Part shown: piece after piece, positions 15,079 to 24,413 of the stretch
Position numbering within the stretch: position 1 is the stretch's first letter
How the letters are laid out: every line of letters begins with the position of its first letter
Source of the DNA: an uncultured Eubacteriales bacterium
Lineage (GTDB): Bacteria > Bacillota > Clostridia > Peptostreptococcales > Anaerovoracaceae
NCBI GenBank assembly: GCA_900320285.1
Contig: ONRQ01000021.1
Location: forward strand, 2,705 to 66,704
Reading direction: 5' to 3'
Length of the DNA: 64,000 nt
Notes under the pieces: model-generated
What the model saw: the letters and a program-made list of their open reading frames with translations, nothing else
Database searches by the model: none
What the model was told of the DNA's origin: nothing
Translations under genes and position numbers: made by a program

Positions 15079-16260
15079 ATGAAGATTACAAATGATATCC
15101 TGTATGTAGGTGTCAATGATCATGACATCGACCTGTTTGAAGGCCATTATATCGTTCCTGAAGGAATGGCATACAATTCCTATGTCGTAAAAGGCGACAA
15201 GATTGCCGTCATGGATTCCGTTGACGGTCACTTTACAGATGAGTGGATCGGCAAGGTAAAAGAGGTTGCAGCTGCTCCTGACTACCTCGTCATCCAGCAT
15301 ATGGAGCCGGATCATTCCGGATCGATCATGGGATTCATGGAAGCATTCCCGGAGGCAAAGATAGTTTCGTCCCAGAAGGCTTTCACAATGATGGCGAACT
15401 TCTTTGAAGGTGAAGATTTTGCAGACAGAAGAGTCGTTGTAAAGGAAGGTGACACTCTCGACCTTGGCGGTCATGTTCTGAACTTCGTCACTGCACCGAT
15501 GGTACACTGGCCTGAGGTTATCATGACTTACGAATCAACAGATAAGGTGCTGTTCTCCGCAGACGCTTTCGGAAGATTCGGAGGACTCGACAAGATCGGC
15601 GAAACAAGCGAAGAGGACGATGACTGGGCATGCGAGGCAAGACGCTACTATTTCGGTATCGTCGGAAAGTACGGACCTCAGGTGCAGGCTGTTCTCAAAA
15701 AGGCTGCCGGGCTTGATATTGAGATCATCTGCGCACTTCACGGACCTGTACTCGTTTCTGATCTCGGCTATTACCTCGGCCTTTACGATACATGGTCGAA
15801 GTACGAGTCAGAGTCTCAGGGCGTTGTGATCGCTTACACTTCAGTATATGGCAACACTAAGAAAGCAGTTGAGCTCCTCGCTGAGAAGCTCGAGGCAAAG
15901 GGAGTACCTGCCGTAGAGGTTACGGACCTTGCAAGGGACGATATTGCTGAAGCTGTTGAAGACGCGTTCAGATATGACACGGTCGTATTTGCTACAACTA
16001 CTTTCAACAACGGCATCTTCCCGTTCATGAGAGAGTTCATCGAATCGCTGACTGAGCGCAACTATCAGAATAAGAGAGTCGCGTTCATTGAGAACGGATC
16101 ATGGGCACCGCAGGCTGCCAAAGTTATGAAGGGCATGCTCGAAGGCTGCAAAAACATGACATACTGCGAGAACGATGTAAAGATCGTTTCTGCGCTCAAT
16201 GATGACAGCAGGGCACAGCTTGAGGCTCTTGCTGAAGAGCTCGCAGCAGCTTACAAATAA
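15079..16260 (+). CDS. Flavodiiron protein (FprA-type; metallo-beta-lactamase-like + flavodoxin domains)
   Basis: VIQHMEPDHSG di-iron motif and a C-terminal flavodoxin-like region (VIAYTSVYGNTKK). Confidence 0.9.
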   Translation: MKITNDILYVGVNDHDIDLFEGHYIVPEGMAYNSYVVKGDKIAVMDSVDGHFTDEWIGKVKEVAAAPDYLVIQHMEPDHSGSIMGFMEAFPEAKIVSSQKAFTMMANFFEGEDFADRRVVVKEGDTLDLGGHVLNFVTAPMVHWPEVIMTYESTDKVLFSADAFGRFGGLDKIGETSEEDDDWACEARRYYFGIVGKYGPQVQAVLKKAAGLDIEIICALHGPVLVSDLGYYLGLYDTWSKYESESQGVVIAYTSVYGNTKKAVELLAEKLEAKGVPAVEVTDLARDDIAEAVEDAFRYDTVVFATTTFNNGIFPFMREFIESLTERNYQNKRVAFIENGSWAPQAAKVMKGMLEGCKNMTYCENDVKIVSALNDDSRAQLEALAEELAAAYK

Positions 16261-16280
16261 GCATAAAAACAACAAAAGCC

Positions 16281-16311
16281 AAAACGGAGCATCGGCTGAT
16301 GCTCCGTTTTT
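16281..16311. terminator. Bidirectional intrinsic terminator
   Basis: AAAACGGAGCATC-ggct-GATGCTCCGTTTTT. Confidence 0.8.
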
Positions 16312-16329
16312 ATATATTTGTGAATGATA

Positions 16330-16734
16330 TTATCTGATGAACTTGTCGATCGCCTTGTTGAGCTCTTCAATGGCCTCCAGATCGTCCTTCTTGACAGCAT
16401 CTATTATGCAGGTAGACATGTGCTCCTTAAGGATCACACGGCTGACCGACTTTATGGCTGACTCGATCGCTGAAAGCTGTATCAGCACTTCAGAACAGTC
16501 ACGCCCGTCCTCCACCATGCGCTTAGTGGATTCCATGTGTCCGATTATGCGGCTCATTCTGTTAAGTACCGACTTTGTATGTTCTGGCGAATGGACATGT
16601 CCATGATCATGGTGGTGCGATCCGTCACCGTGTACATGTGTATGTGTGTATTCGTGACCGGATTCATCTACATGTGTATGCTCATGAAAATGTTCATGCG
16701 TATGAGTGTGACCGTGTTCGTGATTATCTGACAT
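16330..16734 (-). CDS. CsoR/RcnR-family metal-sensing repressor with a 52-residue His-rich N-terminal extension
   Basis: Core is RMSRIIGHMESTKRMVEDGRDCSEVLIQLSAI...KEHMSTC (x-C-H-C fingerprint). 20 His in the first 52 residues. Start at 16734 after GGGAGG. Confidence 0.85.
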   Translation of the reverse strand: MSDNHEHGHTHTHEHFHEHTHVDESGHEYTHTHVHGDGSHHHDHGHVHSPEHTKSVLNRMSRIIGHMESTKRMVEDGRDCSEVLIQLSAIESAIKSVSRVILKEHMSTCIIDAVKKDDLEAIEELNKAIDKFIR

Positions 16735-16795
16735 TTCAGCCTCCCGGGATTCTTTTCTCTGGTACTTTGCATTGTAGCAAAAGAGCTGTGAAAAG

Positions 16796-16817
16796 TTAAC
16801 CCCGGTCAGGGGATTAA
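16796..16817. promoter_or_regulatory. CsoR-box-like pseudo-palindrome in the divergent promoter region
   Basis: TTAACCCC-GGTCA-GGGGaTTAA lies about 62 nt upstream of the repressor start. It resembles the C4-N5-G4 cores of known CsoR operators. Confidence 0.45.
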
Positions 16818-16938
16818 TGTGTGTGCGTATTTCAAAAACGCCACCCATGTAGTACAATTAAGTAACTGTAAACTGCTTGTAAAATGCATTATCAACAGAT
16901 CGTTAACGTGCAGCAGAAGTCACACATGGGAGGACATA

Positions 16939-18012
16939 ATGGCTGACAACAATAATGAAAAGCTTGTCGGGAGAGAAACGATTACGATGGAACCTGTTAT
17001 TGACAAGCACTATCAGCTGATAGAAACAAAGAAAGCAACGGAGATGATCGAAAAGGCGATGAACCTTGCCAGAGAGGAGATCCCTAACGGCAAAGTCGCA
17101 ACATATATCCCTGAACTTGGAAAGATGGATCCGCATCAGCTCGGAATATGCCTTTACCCTCTGAAGGGTGAAAAGATCTGTCTCGGAGATTATAACACCA
17201 GATTTACTATACAGTCTGTTTCGAAAGTAATAATGCTTATAGTTGCGCTCGAGGTGTGCGGACTCAAACCGGTATTCAGAAAGGTCGGCATGGAGCCTTC
17301 GGGAGAAGCTTTTGACTCCCTGGTTGAGCTCGATGTCAGCAATTCAAAGCCATATAATCCGCTCATCAACTCCGGGGCCCTGGCGGTCTGCGGACTGCTG
17401 CTTCCGGAGGTATCGTTTCAGGATATGATCAGATATACAAGAAACATCTGCGCTGATTCTGAAATAGAACTCAATGAGTCGGTATTCGACTCCGAGATGA
17501 AGACCTGCTCCCGCAACCGCTCTATCGCGTACCTGCTTGAGAGCAAGGGCATCATCACGACTGATGTAGAGGATACGCTGAGATTCTATACAAAGATGTG
17601 CTCTATGAATGTCACTGCCGAATCACTGGCGAATCTGGGGAGGATACTTGCCAACGACGGTGTATGTACCGAAGACGGCAGGAGATACATGTCTTCACGT
17701 ACCGCGCGTATAGCAAAAACTCTTATGCTTACATGCGGTATGTATGATGGATCGGGAACATTCGCCATTAAGGTGGGCATTCCTACAAAATCCGGGGTAG
17801 GCGGCGGACTGCTTTCTGTATCTGACAAGCGTGCGGGCATCGGTGTATTCGGGCCGGCTCTCGATGCTCAGGGCAATAGTATAGCGGGCTGCAGACTGCT
17901 CAGAAAGATATCAAACGAACTAAGACTTAACCTGTTCTACGACCCTGAATGGGATAAGGAAAATGAAGATGATACGGTGCTGAAAGACATGCAGGCCAGA
18001 TCGGTGATGTAA
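16939..18012 (+). CDS. glsA: Glutaminase A
   Basis: VATYIPELG, FTIQSVSKV (Ser-x-x-Lys), NPLINSGA and PTKSGVGGG motifs. Start at ATG 16939 after GGGAGG. Confidence 0.9.
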   Translation: MADNNNEKLVGRETITMEPVIDKHYQLIETKKATEMIEKAMNLAREEIPNGKVATYIPELGKMDPHQLGICLYPLKGEKICLGDYNTRFTIQSVSKVIMLIVALEVCGLKPVFRKVGMEPSGEAFDSLVELDVSNSKPYNPLINSGALAVCGLLLPEVSFQDMIRYTRNICADSEIELNESVFDSEMKTCSRNRSIAYLLESKGIITTDVEDTLRFYTKMCSMNVTAESLANLGRILANDGVCTEDGRRYMSSRTARIAKTLMLTCGMYDGSGTFAIKVGIPTKSGVGGGLLSVSDKRAGIGVFGPALDAQGNSIAGCRLLRKISNELRLNLFYDPEWDKENEDDTVLKDMQARSVM

Positions 18013-18594
18013 ATGAATATAACGGTATATTGCGGAGCAGCGACTGGAATGGATCCTGAATACATCGCACGAGCAAGGGAACTTGGCGCGTGGATGGCAG
18101 CCAATGGTTACACACTCATCTACGGAGCCGGTAATTCCGGAATGATGGGAGCTGTTTCGGATGCTCTGATCGAAGGCGGCGGCGAGGCGATAGGGGTCAC
18201 GCCGCAGTTCTTTGTTCTGGCAGAAGAGACACGTGACGATCTGGCGGAAGTCGTTATCTCCGATGATATGTCAACAAGACGAAACTGGATGATCGAAAAC
18301 GGAGACGCTTTTATTGCTCTTCCGGGTGGAATGGGTACACTCGATGAGATCACCGAAGTCATGACTTATAAACGTCTCGGCCTTCTCGGAAAGGTCAACA
18401 AACCTGTAATGATCTACAACGTAAACGGTTATTATGACCGCATCTTCACCTTCCTTGATGACATGAGGGACCAGGGATTCTGCAGACAGCTCGACCGTGA
18501 CAACGTGATAGAGGTCACATGCCTGGAGGACATATCGCGCGCACTCGAGTGTGTTGGCAGTATAGATGAAACAAGGACTTCAAAATACGACTGA
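18013..18594 (+). CDS. LOG family (TIGR00730) nucleotide phosphoribohydrolase
   Basis: YGAGNSGMMG and ALPGGMGTLDEITE motifs. Confidence 0.85.
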   Translation: MNITVYCGAATGMDPEYIARARELGAWMAANGYTLIYGAGNSGMMGAVSDALIEGGGEAIGVTPQFFVLAEETRDDLAEVVISDDMSTRRNWMIENGDAFIALPGGMGTLDEITEVMTYKRLGLLGKVNKPVMIYNVNGYYDRIFTFLDDMRDQGFCRQLDRDNVIEVTCLEDISRALECVGSIDETRTSKYD

Positions 18595-18597
18595 TAA

Positions 18598-20742
18598 ATG
18601 AAGAATCTCTTCAGAACACTGATACCTTATAAATGGACTGCACTGCTTGTTCTGCTTCTTATGGCAGGACAGGCTTTTTGTGAGATGAATTTGCCTCAAT
18701 ACACCCAGGCTCTTATTGATACGGGCATCCAGAACAGGGGAATAGAGCATATAGTTCCTGAGGCGATAACGGTATCCGAGTTCGATGCAGCAGGCGCATT
18801 GATGACAGACGGGCAGCGATCGCTCTGGGAGGATTCATTCCTCACTGACTCAGCGGAAAACAATCCGGATGGTGTTGCTGTTTACAGACGCAGGGATATG
18901 TCGGACGAAGAGCTTGAATCTCTCGATACGGAGCTTCTTACGCCTATAGTGACCCGGTATGCTGAGAAAAACGGGGAGACTATAGCTGAAGCAGAGGCTC
19001 TGGCCGGTTCAGGGACAGAAAACATTGAAGATATTGGAGGGGGCAGCAACAGAACAAACAGCAATATGCTTGCTATGGGAATTGCTTATGCCGGGGACTG
19101 TGACCAGGAAGCAGGACTCGATCTTCTGGCCATTCAGAACGCTTTTATGTTCAGATGCGGCGGTCTGATGCTTCTCATGTCCGTTTCGGTAATGATATTC
19201 ACAACTCTGATATCACTCCTCGCGGCAAGAGTCGGAGCCAGCATAGGGCGCGACCTGAGATCCCGCCTTTTTGCTAATGTAATGTCGTTCTCAAATGCCG
19301 AGATGAACGAATTCCGGACATCATCCCTTATAACACGCGCCACTAATGATATTCAGCAGGTACAGATGACATCCACCATGATGCTGCGTATGATGCTGTT
19401 CGCGCCGTGCATATGCACATGGTCGATCATAAAGGTGTATCAGACTCATGCCCATATGAACTTTGTGATAGTGACAGGCGTTATAGCGATTCTGATCATG
19501 GCGGGGGCCATGTTTGTTATAGCGATGCCGAAGTTCAGAATAATGCAGTCGCTTATTGATGCTCTCAATGCCGTATCCCGTGAGATACTGACAGGCATAC
19601 AGGTAATACGCGCTTTCGGAAGGGAAGAAACTGAAGAGGAGCGCTTCGATAAGGCAAACACCGATCTCTACAGAAATCAGCTCTTCGTAAACAGGGCCAT
19701 GATATCGATCACGCCTATCCTTATGATCATAATGTACGGTCTTTCCATATGGATCACCTGGGTTGCGGCGAAAAGGATCGACATGGGCGGTCTTCAGGTA
19801 GGCACGATGACAGCATTCATCGCATATTCCATGGAGATAGTGTTCTCGTTCCTTATGATAGCCAGCATGGCCATATTTATCCCAAGAGCGGGGATAGCTG
19901 CTGACAGGGTCTATGAAGTACTTAACACTGAAACGTCCATAAAAGACAAGGATGACGCGGTTGTCCTGAAAACAGAAGAGGAGAGCGGCCACAAAAAAGG
20001 CGCTGAAATCAGATTCGAGCATGTAACTTTCAGATACCCTGATGCCGAAGAGGATGTTCTCACGGATATTGACTTCACTGCGAAGCCTGGTGAAACGACA
20101 GCCATAATCGGCGCAACAGGCTGCGGAAAAACTACTCTCCTCAATCTTATACCGAGATTCTTCGATGTAACAGAAGGAAGGGTCACAGTCGGAGGAATCG
20201 ATGTCAGGGATATAAGTCTTGAGTCTCTCAGGGATGCCATCGGATATGTGCCTCAGAAGGGCATTCTTTTCTCGGGAACAGTGGCTGAAAACATCCGCTG
20301 GGGCGATGAGGACGCAAGCGATGAAGAACTGAGGATGGCTGCGGAAATAGCGCAGGCGACAGAATTCATAGATGAGAGACCTGAAGGCTTTGGCAGGGAA
20401 GTATCGCAGGGAGGCGCAAACGTATCAGGCGGTCAGAAGCAGAGACTTGCGATCGCAAGGGCTGTGATCAAAAAACCAGCGGTAATGCTTTTCGATGATT
20501 CATTCTCGGCTCTCGATATGAAGACGGATGTCACATTGAGAAAGGCGCTGGCAGAGCATATAACTGACAGTACACGCGTTATTGTGGCACAGAGAGTGGG
20601 GACCATTCTCCATGCGGAACAGATAATCGTGCTGGATGAAGGAAGGATAGTAGGCAAGGGCACCCATAAGGAACTTATGGAGACCTGCAGCATATACAGA
20701 GATACAGCGATATCGCAGCTGTCGGAGGCAGCGCTCGCATAA
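18598..20742 (+). CDS. ABC exporter half-transporter, degenerate-site subunit, with a large extracytoplasmic insert after TM1
   Basis: Walker A GATGCGKT and signature VSGGQ, but Walker B LFDDS (D replaces the catalytic E) and H-loop AQR (Q replaces H). About 150 hydrophilic residues lie between TM1 and TM2. Confidence 0.9.
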   Translation: MKNLFRTLIPYKWTALLVLLLMAGQAFCEMNLPQYTQALIDTGIQNRGIEHIVPEAITVSEFDAAGALMTDGQRSLWEDSFLTDSAENNPDGVAVYRRRDMSDEELESLDTELLTPIVTRYAEKNGETIAEAEALAGSGTENIEDIGGGSNRTNSNMLAMGIAYAGDCDQEAGLDLLAIQNAFMFRCGGLMLLMSVSVMIFTTLISLLAARVGASIGRDLRSRLFANVMSFSNAEMNEFRTSSLITRATNDIQQVQMTSTMMLRMMLFAPCICTWSIIKVYQTHAHMNFVIVTGVIAILIMAGAMFVIAMPKFRIMQSLIDALNAVSREILTGIQVIRAFGREETEEERFDKANTDLYRNQLFVNRAMISITPILMIIMYGLSIWITWVAAKRIDMGGLQVGTMTAFIAYSMEIVFSFLMIASMAIFIPRAGIAADRVYEVLNTETSIKDKDDAVVLKTEEESGHKKGAEIRFEHVTFRYPDAEEDVLTDIDFTAKPGETTAIIGATGCGKTTLLNLIPRFFDVTEGRVTVGGIDVRDISLESLRDAIGYVPQKGILFSGTVAENIRWGDEDASDEELRMAAEIAQATEFIDERPEGFGREVSQGGANVSGGQKQRLAIARAVIKKPAVMLFDDSFSALDMKTDVTLRKALAEHITDSTRVIVAQRVGTILHAEQIIVLDEGRIVGKGTHKELMETCSIYRDTAISQLSEAALA

Positions 20743-20745
20743 CAA

Positions 20746-22659
20746 ATGAGCGAAGAAAAGAAGCCGAAAACAGAATACGAAGCGCAGACCGGACAGGAAG
20801 CCGAAGAACCGCAGACCGGACAGGGCGACGGCAAGCGACAGAGAAGGCGTGGCGGCGGTCCGAGCAGCATACTTGCTCCGGGCGAAAAGCCTAAGGATTT
20901 CCGCAAGGCGGTGGCAGACACGCTCAGATACATGGGCGGGTATAAATTTGCTGTGGCTGTAGTTATTGTTGTGTCCGCGATTGCCACAGTTTTTGAGACA
21001 GTAGGTCCTAAGGTGATGGGGCGGGCTACGACCCTTCTTGCGAAAGGAGTTATGAACAAGATACATGGCACCGGCGGCATAGACTTTGAGGCCGTAGCGC
21101 ATGTTCTGCTCCTGACCATGGCGCTTTATTTCATAGGCGCGATCGCTCAGTATATACAGGCCCTGATCATGACAAACATCACGCAGAAGATCGTCTACAG
21201 GATGAGGCGTGATATTTCCGAAAAGATCAACCGCATGCCGATAGGCTATTTTGAGCGTGTTCAGACAGGTGAGATTCTTTCGAGAATCACAAACGACGTT
21301 GATACCCTCGGACAGTCATTAAGTCAGAGCATTTCGAACTTCATCTGGGCTATAATAAGTATGACAGGTATAGTAGTCGTGATGCTTACCATCAATGTCA
21401 CTATGACGCTGATCGCCCTTATGGTAATACCTCTTTCTGCCCTCGTGATGGGCATGCTCATAAAGATATCCCAGAAGCATTTCGCTGCTCAGCAGAAGTA
21501 TCTTGGTATAATAGACGGGCATGTAGAAGAGACATTCTCAGGCCATCTGGTAGTCAAGGCTTTCAACAGGGAAGAGGCTGTCAAAACTGAGTTTAACGAA
21601 TCAAATGAAAAACTCTATGAATCCGCGTGGAAGTCACAGTTTCTCTCAGGCCTGATGCGTCCTCTGATGAGGATAGTGAGCAATCTGGGTTACGCGGCAG
21701 TCGTTGTCGCGGGAGGTATCTTCTGCGTCAGAGGCGCGATAGGAGTCGGAGATATTCAGGCATTCGTCCAGTATGTCAAAAACATAGGACAGCCTATACA
21801 GGATATCGCTCAGATAATGAATCAGGTACAGTCCATGGCAGCCGCTGCTGAGAGAGTCTTTGAATTCCTTAACGAAGAGGAAGAAGCGGATGCTCCGGGA
21901 GCAGCTGATGAAATGGGCGAGATCAAAGGCGCTGTTGAATTCAGACACGTAAGATTCGGATATAAAAAGGATCATCCGGTAATAAAAGACTTCAGCGCAA
22001 AAGTTGAGCCTGGCCAGAAGATAGCAATTGTAGGTCCTACGGGCGCAGGCAAGACAACTATGGTAAAATTACTTATGAGGTTCTATGATGTTGACGGTGG
22101 AGCCATACTTATTGATGGTCATGACATCAGGGAATTTACACGTAAGGAGCTTCGCGACAACTTCGCGATGGTACTTCAGGATACATGGCTGTTCAGCGGC
22201 ACTATCAGAGAAAACATCGCATACGGCAGAGAAGGAGCCACAAATGAAGAGATCATAAGAGCTGCAAAGACAGCCAAGGCGCATCACTTCATAAAAGCAC
22301 TGCCGGGCGGGTATAAAATGATACTCAATGAAGACGCTACAAACATCTCTGAGGGACAGCGACAGCTCCTTACGATAGCGCGTGCCGTTCTGGCGGACAA
22401 AAGACTTTTGATACTCGACGAAGCGACTTCGTCAGTAGATACACGAACGGAAGAAGAAATCCAAAAGGCGATGGATGCTCTTACTGAAGACAGGACGAGC
22501 TTCATCATCGCGCACAGGCTCTCGACCATACGGAATGCCGATCTGATCCTGGTTATGGATCACGGCGACATAGTGGAACAGGGCACACACGGGGAACTGC
22601 TCGCTAAGGGCGGAGCCTATGCAGAATTATACAACTCGCAGTTTGAAGAAGTAGGTTAA
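20746..22659 (+). CDS. ABC exporter half-transporter, consensus-site subunit
   Basis: Walker A GPTGAGKT, Walker B LILDEATS and H-loop IAHR are canonical. The signature is degenerate (ISEGQ). The start is 4 nt after the upstream partner. Confidence 0.9.
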   Translation: MSEEKKPKTEYEAQTGQEAEEPQTGQGDGKRQRRRGGGPSSILAPGEKPKDFRKAVADTLRYMGGYKFAVAVVIVVSAIATVFETVGPKVMGRATTLLAKGVMNKIHGTGGIDFEAVAHVLLLTMALYFIGAIAQYIQALIMTNITQKIVYRMRRDISEKINRMPIGYFERVQTGEILSRITNDVDTLGQSLSQSISNFIWAIISMTGIVVVMLTINVTMTLIALMVIPLSALVMGMLIKISQKHFAAQQKYLGIIDGHVEETFSGHLVVKAFNREEAVKTEFNESNEKLYESAWKSQFLSGLMRPLMRIVSNLGYAAVVVAGGIFCVRGAIGVGDIQAFVQYVKNIGQPIQDIAQIMNQVQSMAAAAERVFEFLNEEEEADAPGAADEMGEIKGAVEFRHVRFGYKKDHPVIKDFSAKVEPGQKIAIVGPTGAGKTTMVKLLMRFYDVDGGAILIDGHDIREFTRKELRDNFAMVLQDTWLFSGTIRENIAYGREGATNEEIIRAAKTAKAHHFIKALPGGYKMILNEDATNISEGQRQLLTIARAVLADKRLLILDEATSSVDTRTEEEIQKAMDALTEDRTSFIIAHRLSTIRNADLILVMDHGDIVEQGTHGELLAKGGAYAELYNSQFEEVG

Positions 22660-22675
22660 AGAAAGGCGGACAGAA

Positions 22676-24382
22676 ATGAGAACTTACAGAGAAGAGTACG
22701 AGTATTGGCTGACATCAGATGTAGTTGATGAAAAGACAAAGGAAGAACTGAAAGCAATTGAAGGCAATGATCTGGAAATAGAAGGCAGATTCAAGGCCAT
22801 GCTTACTTTCGGTACTGCCGGACTTAGAGGCATTATGGGAGCCGGCATCGGAATGATGAACGTATATACCGTAAGATATGCGACACAGGGTCTGGCAAAT
22901 CTCATAATCGCAAACGGCGGACAGATCGGCGGCGATTCTCCTGAGGGAAACGGTGTAGCTATCGCACATGACTCGAGAAACAATTCGAGACTGTTCGCAG
23001 AAGAGGCAGCAGCAGTACTTGCTGCCAACGGCATTAAGGTCTACATCTTCGACGACATGCGTCCTACACCTGAGCTTTCATTTGCCGTTAGGGAGACCGG
23101 CTCGATCGCAGGTATCAACATTACTGCGAGCCATAACCCTAAAGAATACAACGGATACAAGGCATACTGGGCTGACGGTGCACAGCTCGGACCTGAGCAT
23201 GCGGACATAGTATCTGCCGAGATAGCAAAAGTCGACATCTTCAGGGATGTAAAGACCATGGACTATGACAAAGCTGTAGCTGAAGGACTCGTCGAGATCC
23301 TCGGAGACGAGATGGATGAGATCTACATCGGCAAGGTCATGGAGACTTCGATCACACACAAGTATATCGATCAGGTAGCGAAAGACATGAAGATCGTCTT
23401 TACACCATTCCATGGCGCAGGCTACAAACTGGTTCCTGAGATCCTCAGGAGACAGGGCTACGGAGCAATAATCCCGGTAGAAGAGCAGATGATACCGGAC
23501 GGAAACTTCCCGACTGTAAAGTCACCTAACCCGGAGAATACAGAAGGCTTTGCACTTGCCATCGAGTATGCAAAGAAGAACGACGCAGAGCTCGTTATCG
23601 GCGTAGACCCTGACAGCGACAGATGCGGTGCAGTTGTAAAGGCCAAGGACGGATACAAGATCCTTTCGGGCAACCAGGAAGCATGCCTCATGCTTGACTA
23701 CATCTTCACAGTCAGAAAAGAACTCGGCAAGATGCCTGAAAAGCCATTCGTCTGCAAGTCCATCGTCTCGACTGTTATGGCAGACAAGATTGCAGCAGAC
23801 AACGGAGTAAAGATGTACGACGTACTTACAGGATTCAAGTTCATCGGCGAGAAAATCAAGGACCTTGACGAGAACGGTGATGAGCACTTCCTCTTCGGAT
23901 TTGAGGAGAGCATCGGATTCCTCGGCGGATCCTATGCAAGAGACAAGGATGCTGTATATGCAGCTATGATGATGGCTGAGATGGCCTGCTACTATAAGGC
24001 ACAGGGAATGTCGGTATATGACGGACTCATGGCTCTCTACAAGAAGTATGGATATTTCGTTGAGAACACAGAATCCACAGTATTCGGAGGCTTTGATTCG
24101 AATGAAAGAAGAGAAGCCGTTATGGCACGAATCAGAGAGAATGCTCCTGAAGAGATCGGCCTCAAGGTTGAAAGCGTAACGGATTACCTTGGAGATGTTC
24201 CGGGCTTCACAAAGAGCAACGTTCTCTTCTACAAGCTTGCTGACGGATGCGCTGTTGCAGTAAGGCCTTCGGGTACTGAGCCAAAGATCAAGACTTATGT
24301 TATGGCTCAGGGTGCAACAGCAGATGAGGCAGAGAAGAACCGCAAGGCAGTAAGGGACGCTGTCGACGCTCTGCTTTCATAA
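22676..24382 (+). CDS. Phospho-sugar mutase (alpha-D-phosphohexomutase family, PgcA-like)
   Basis: Active-site TASHNPKEYNGYK, metal loop GVDPDSDR and sugar loop GFEESIG. Confidence 0.9.
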   Translation: MRTYREEYEYWLTSDVVDEKTKEELKAIEGNDLEIEGRFKAMLTFGTAGLRGIMGAGIGMMNVYTVRYATQGLANLIIANGGQIGGDSPEGNGVAIAHDSRNNSRLFAEEAAAVLAANGIKVYIFDDMRPTPELSFAVRETGSIAGINITASHNPKEYNGYKAYWADGAQLGPEHADIVSAEIAKVDIFRDVKTMDYDKAVAEGLVEILGDEMDEIYIGKVMETSITHKYIDQVAKDMKIVFTPFHGAGYKLVPEILRRQGYGAIIPVEEQMIPDGNFPTVKSPNPENTEGFALAIEYAKKNDAELVIGVDPDSDRCGAVVKAKDGYKILSGNQEACLMLDYIFTVRKELGKMPEKPFVCKSIVSTVMADKIAADNGVKMYDVLTGFKFIGEKIKDLDENGDEHFLFGFEESIGFLGGSYARDKDAVYAAMMMAEMACYYKAQGMSVYDGLMALYKKYGYFVENTESTVFGGFDSNERREAVMARIRENAPEEIGLKVESVTDYLGDVPGFTKSNVLFYKLADGCAVAVRPSGTEPKIKTYVMAQGATADEAEKNRKAVRDAVDALLS

Positions 24383-24413
24383 AAAAGGGTATTTAAAGGA
24401 GATATCATCCCAC

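Noticed and set aside
16537-16799. + strand ORFs rich in Met/Cys/Val/His (16537-16731, 16575-16799), and the apparent CAT/GTG periodic repeat.
   Set aside because: They mirror the His-rich (CAY-codon) N-terminal extension of the minus-strand CsoR-like gene. This is not a repeat element or a separate gene.
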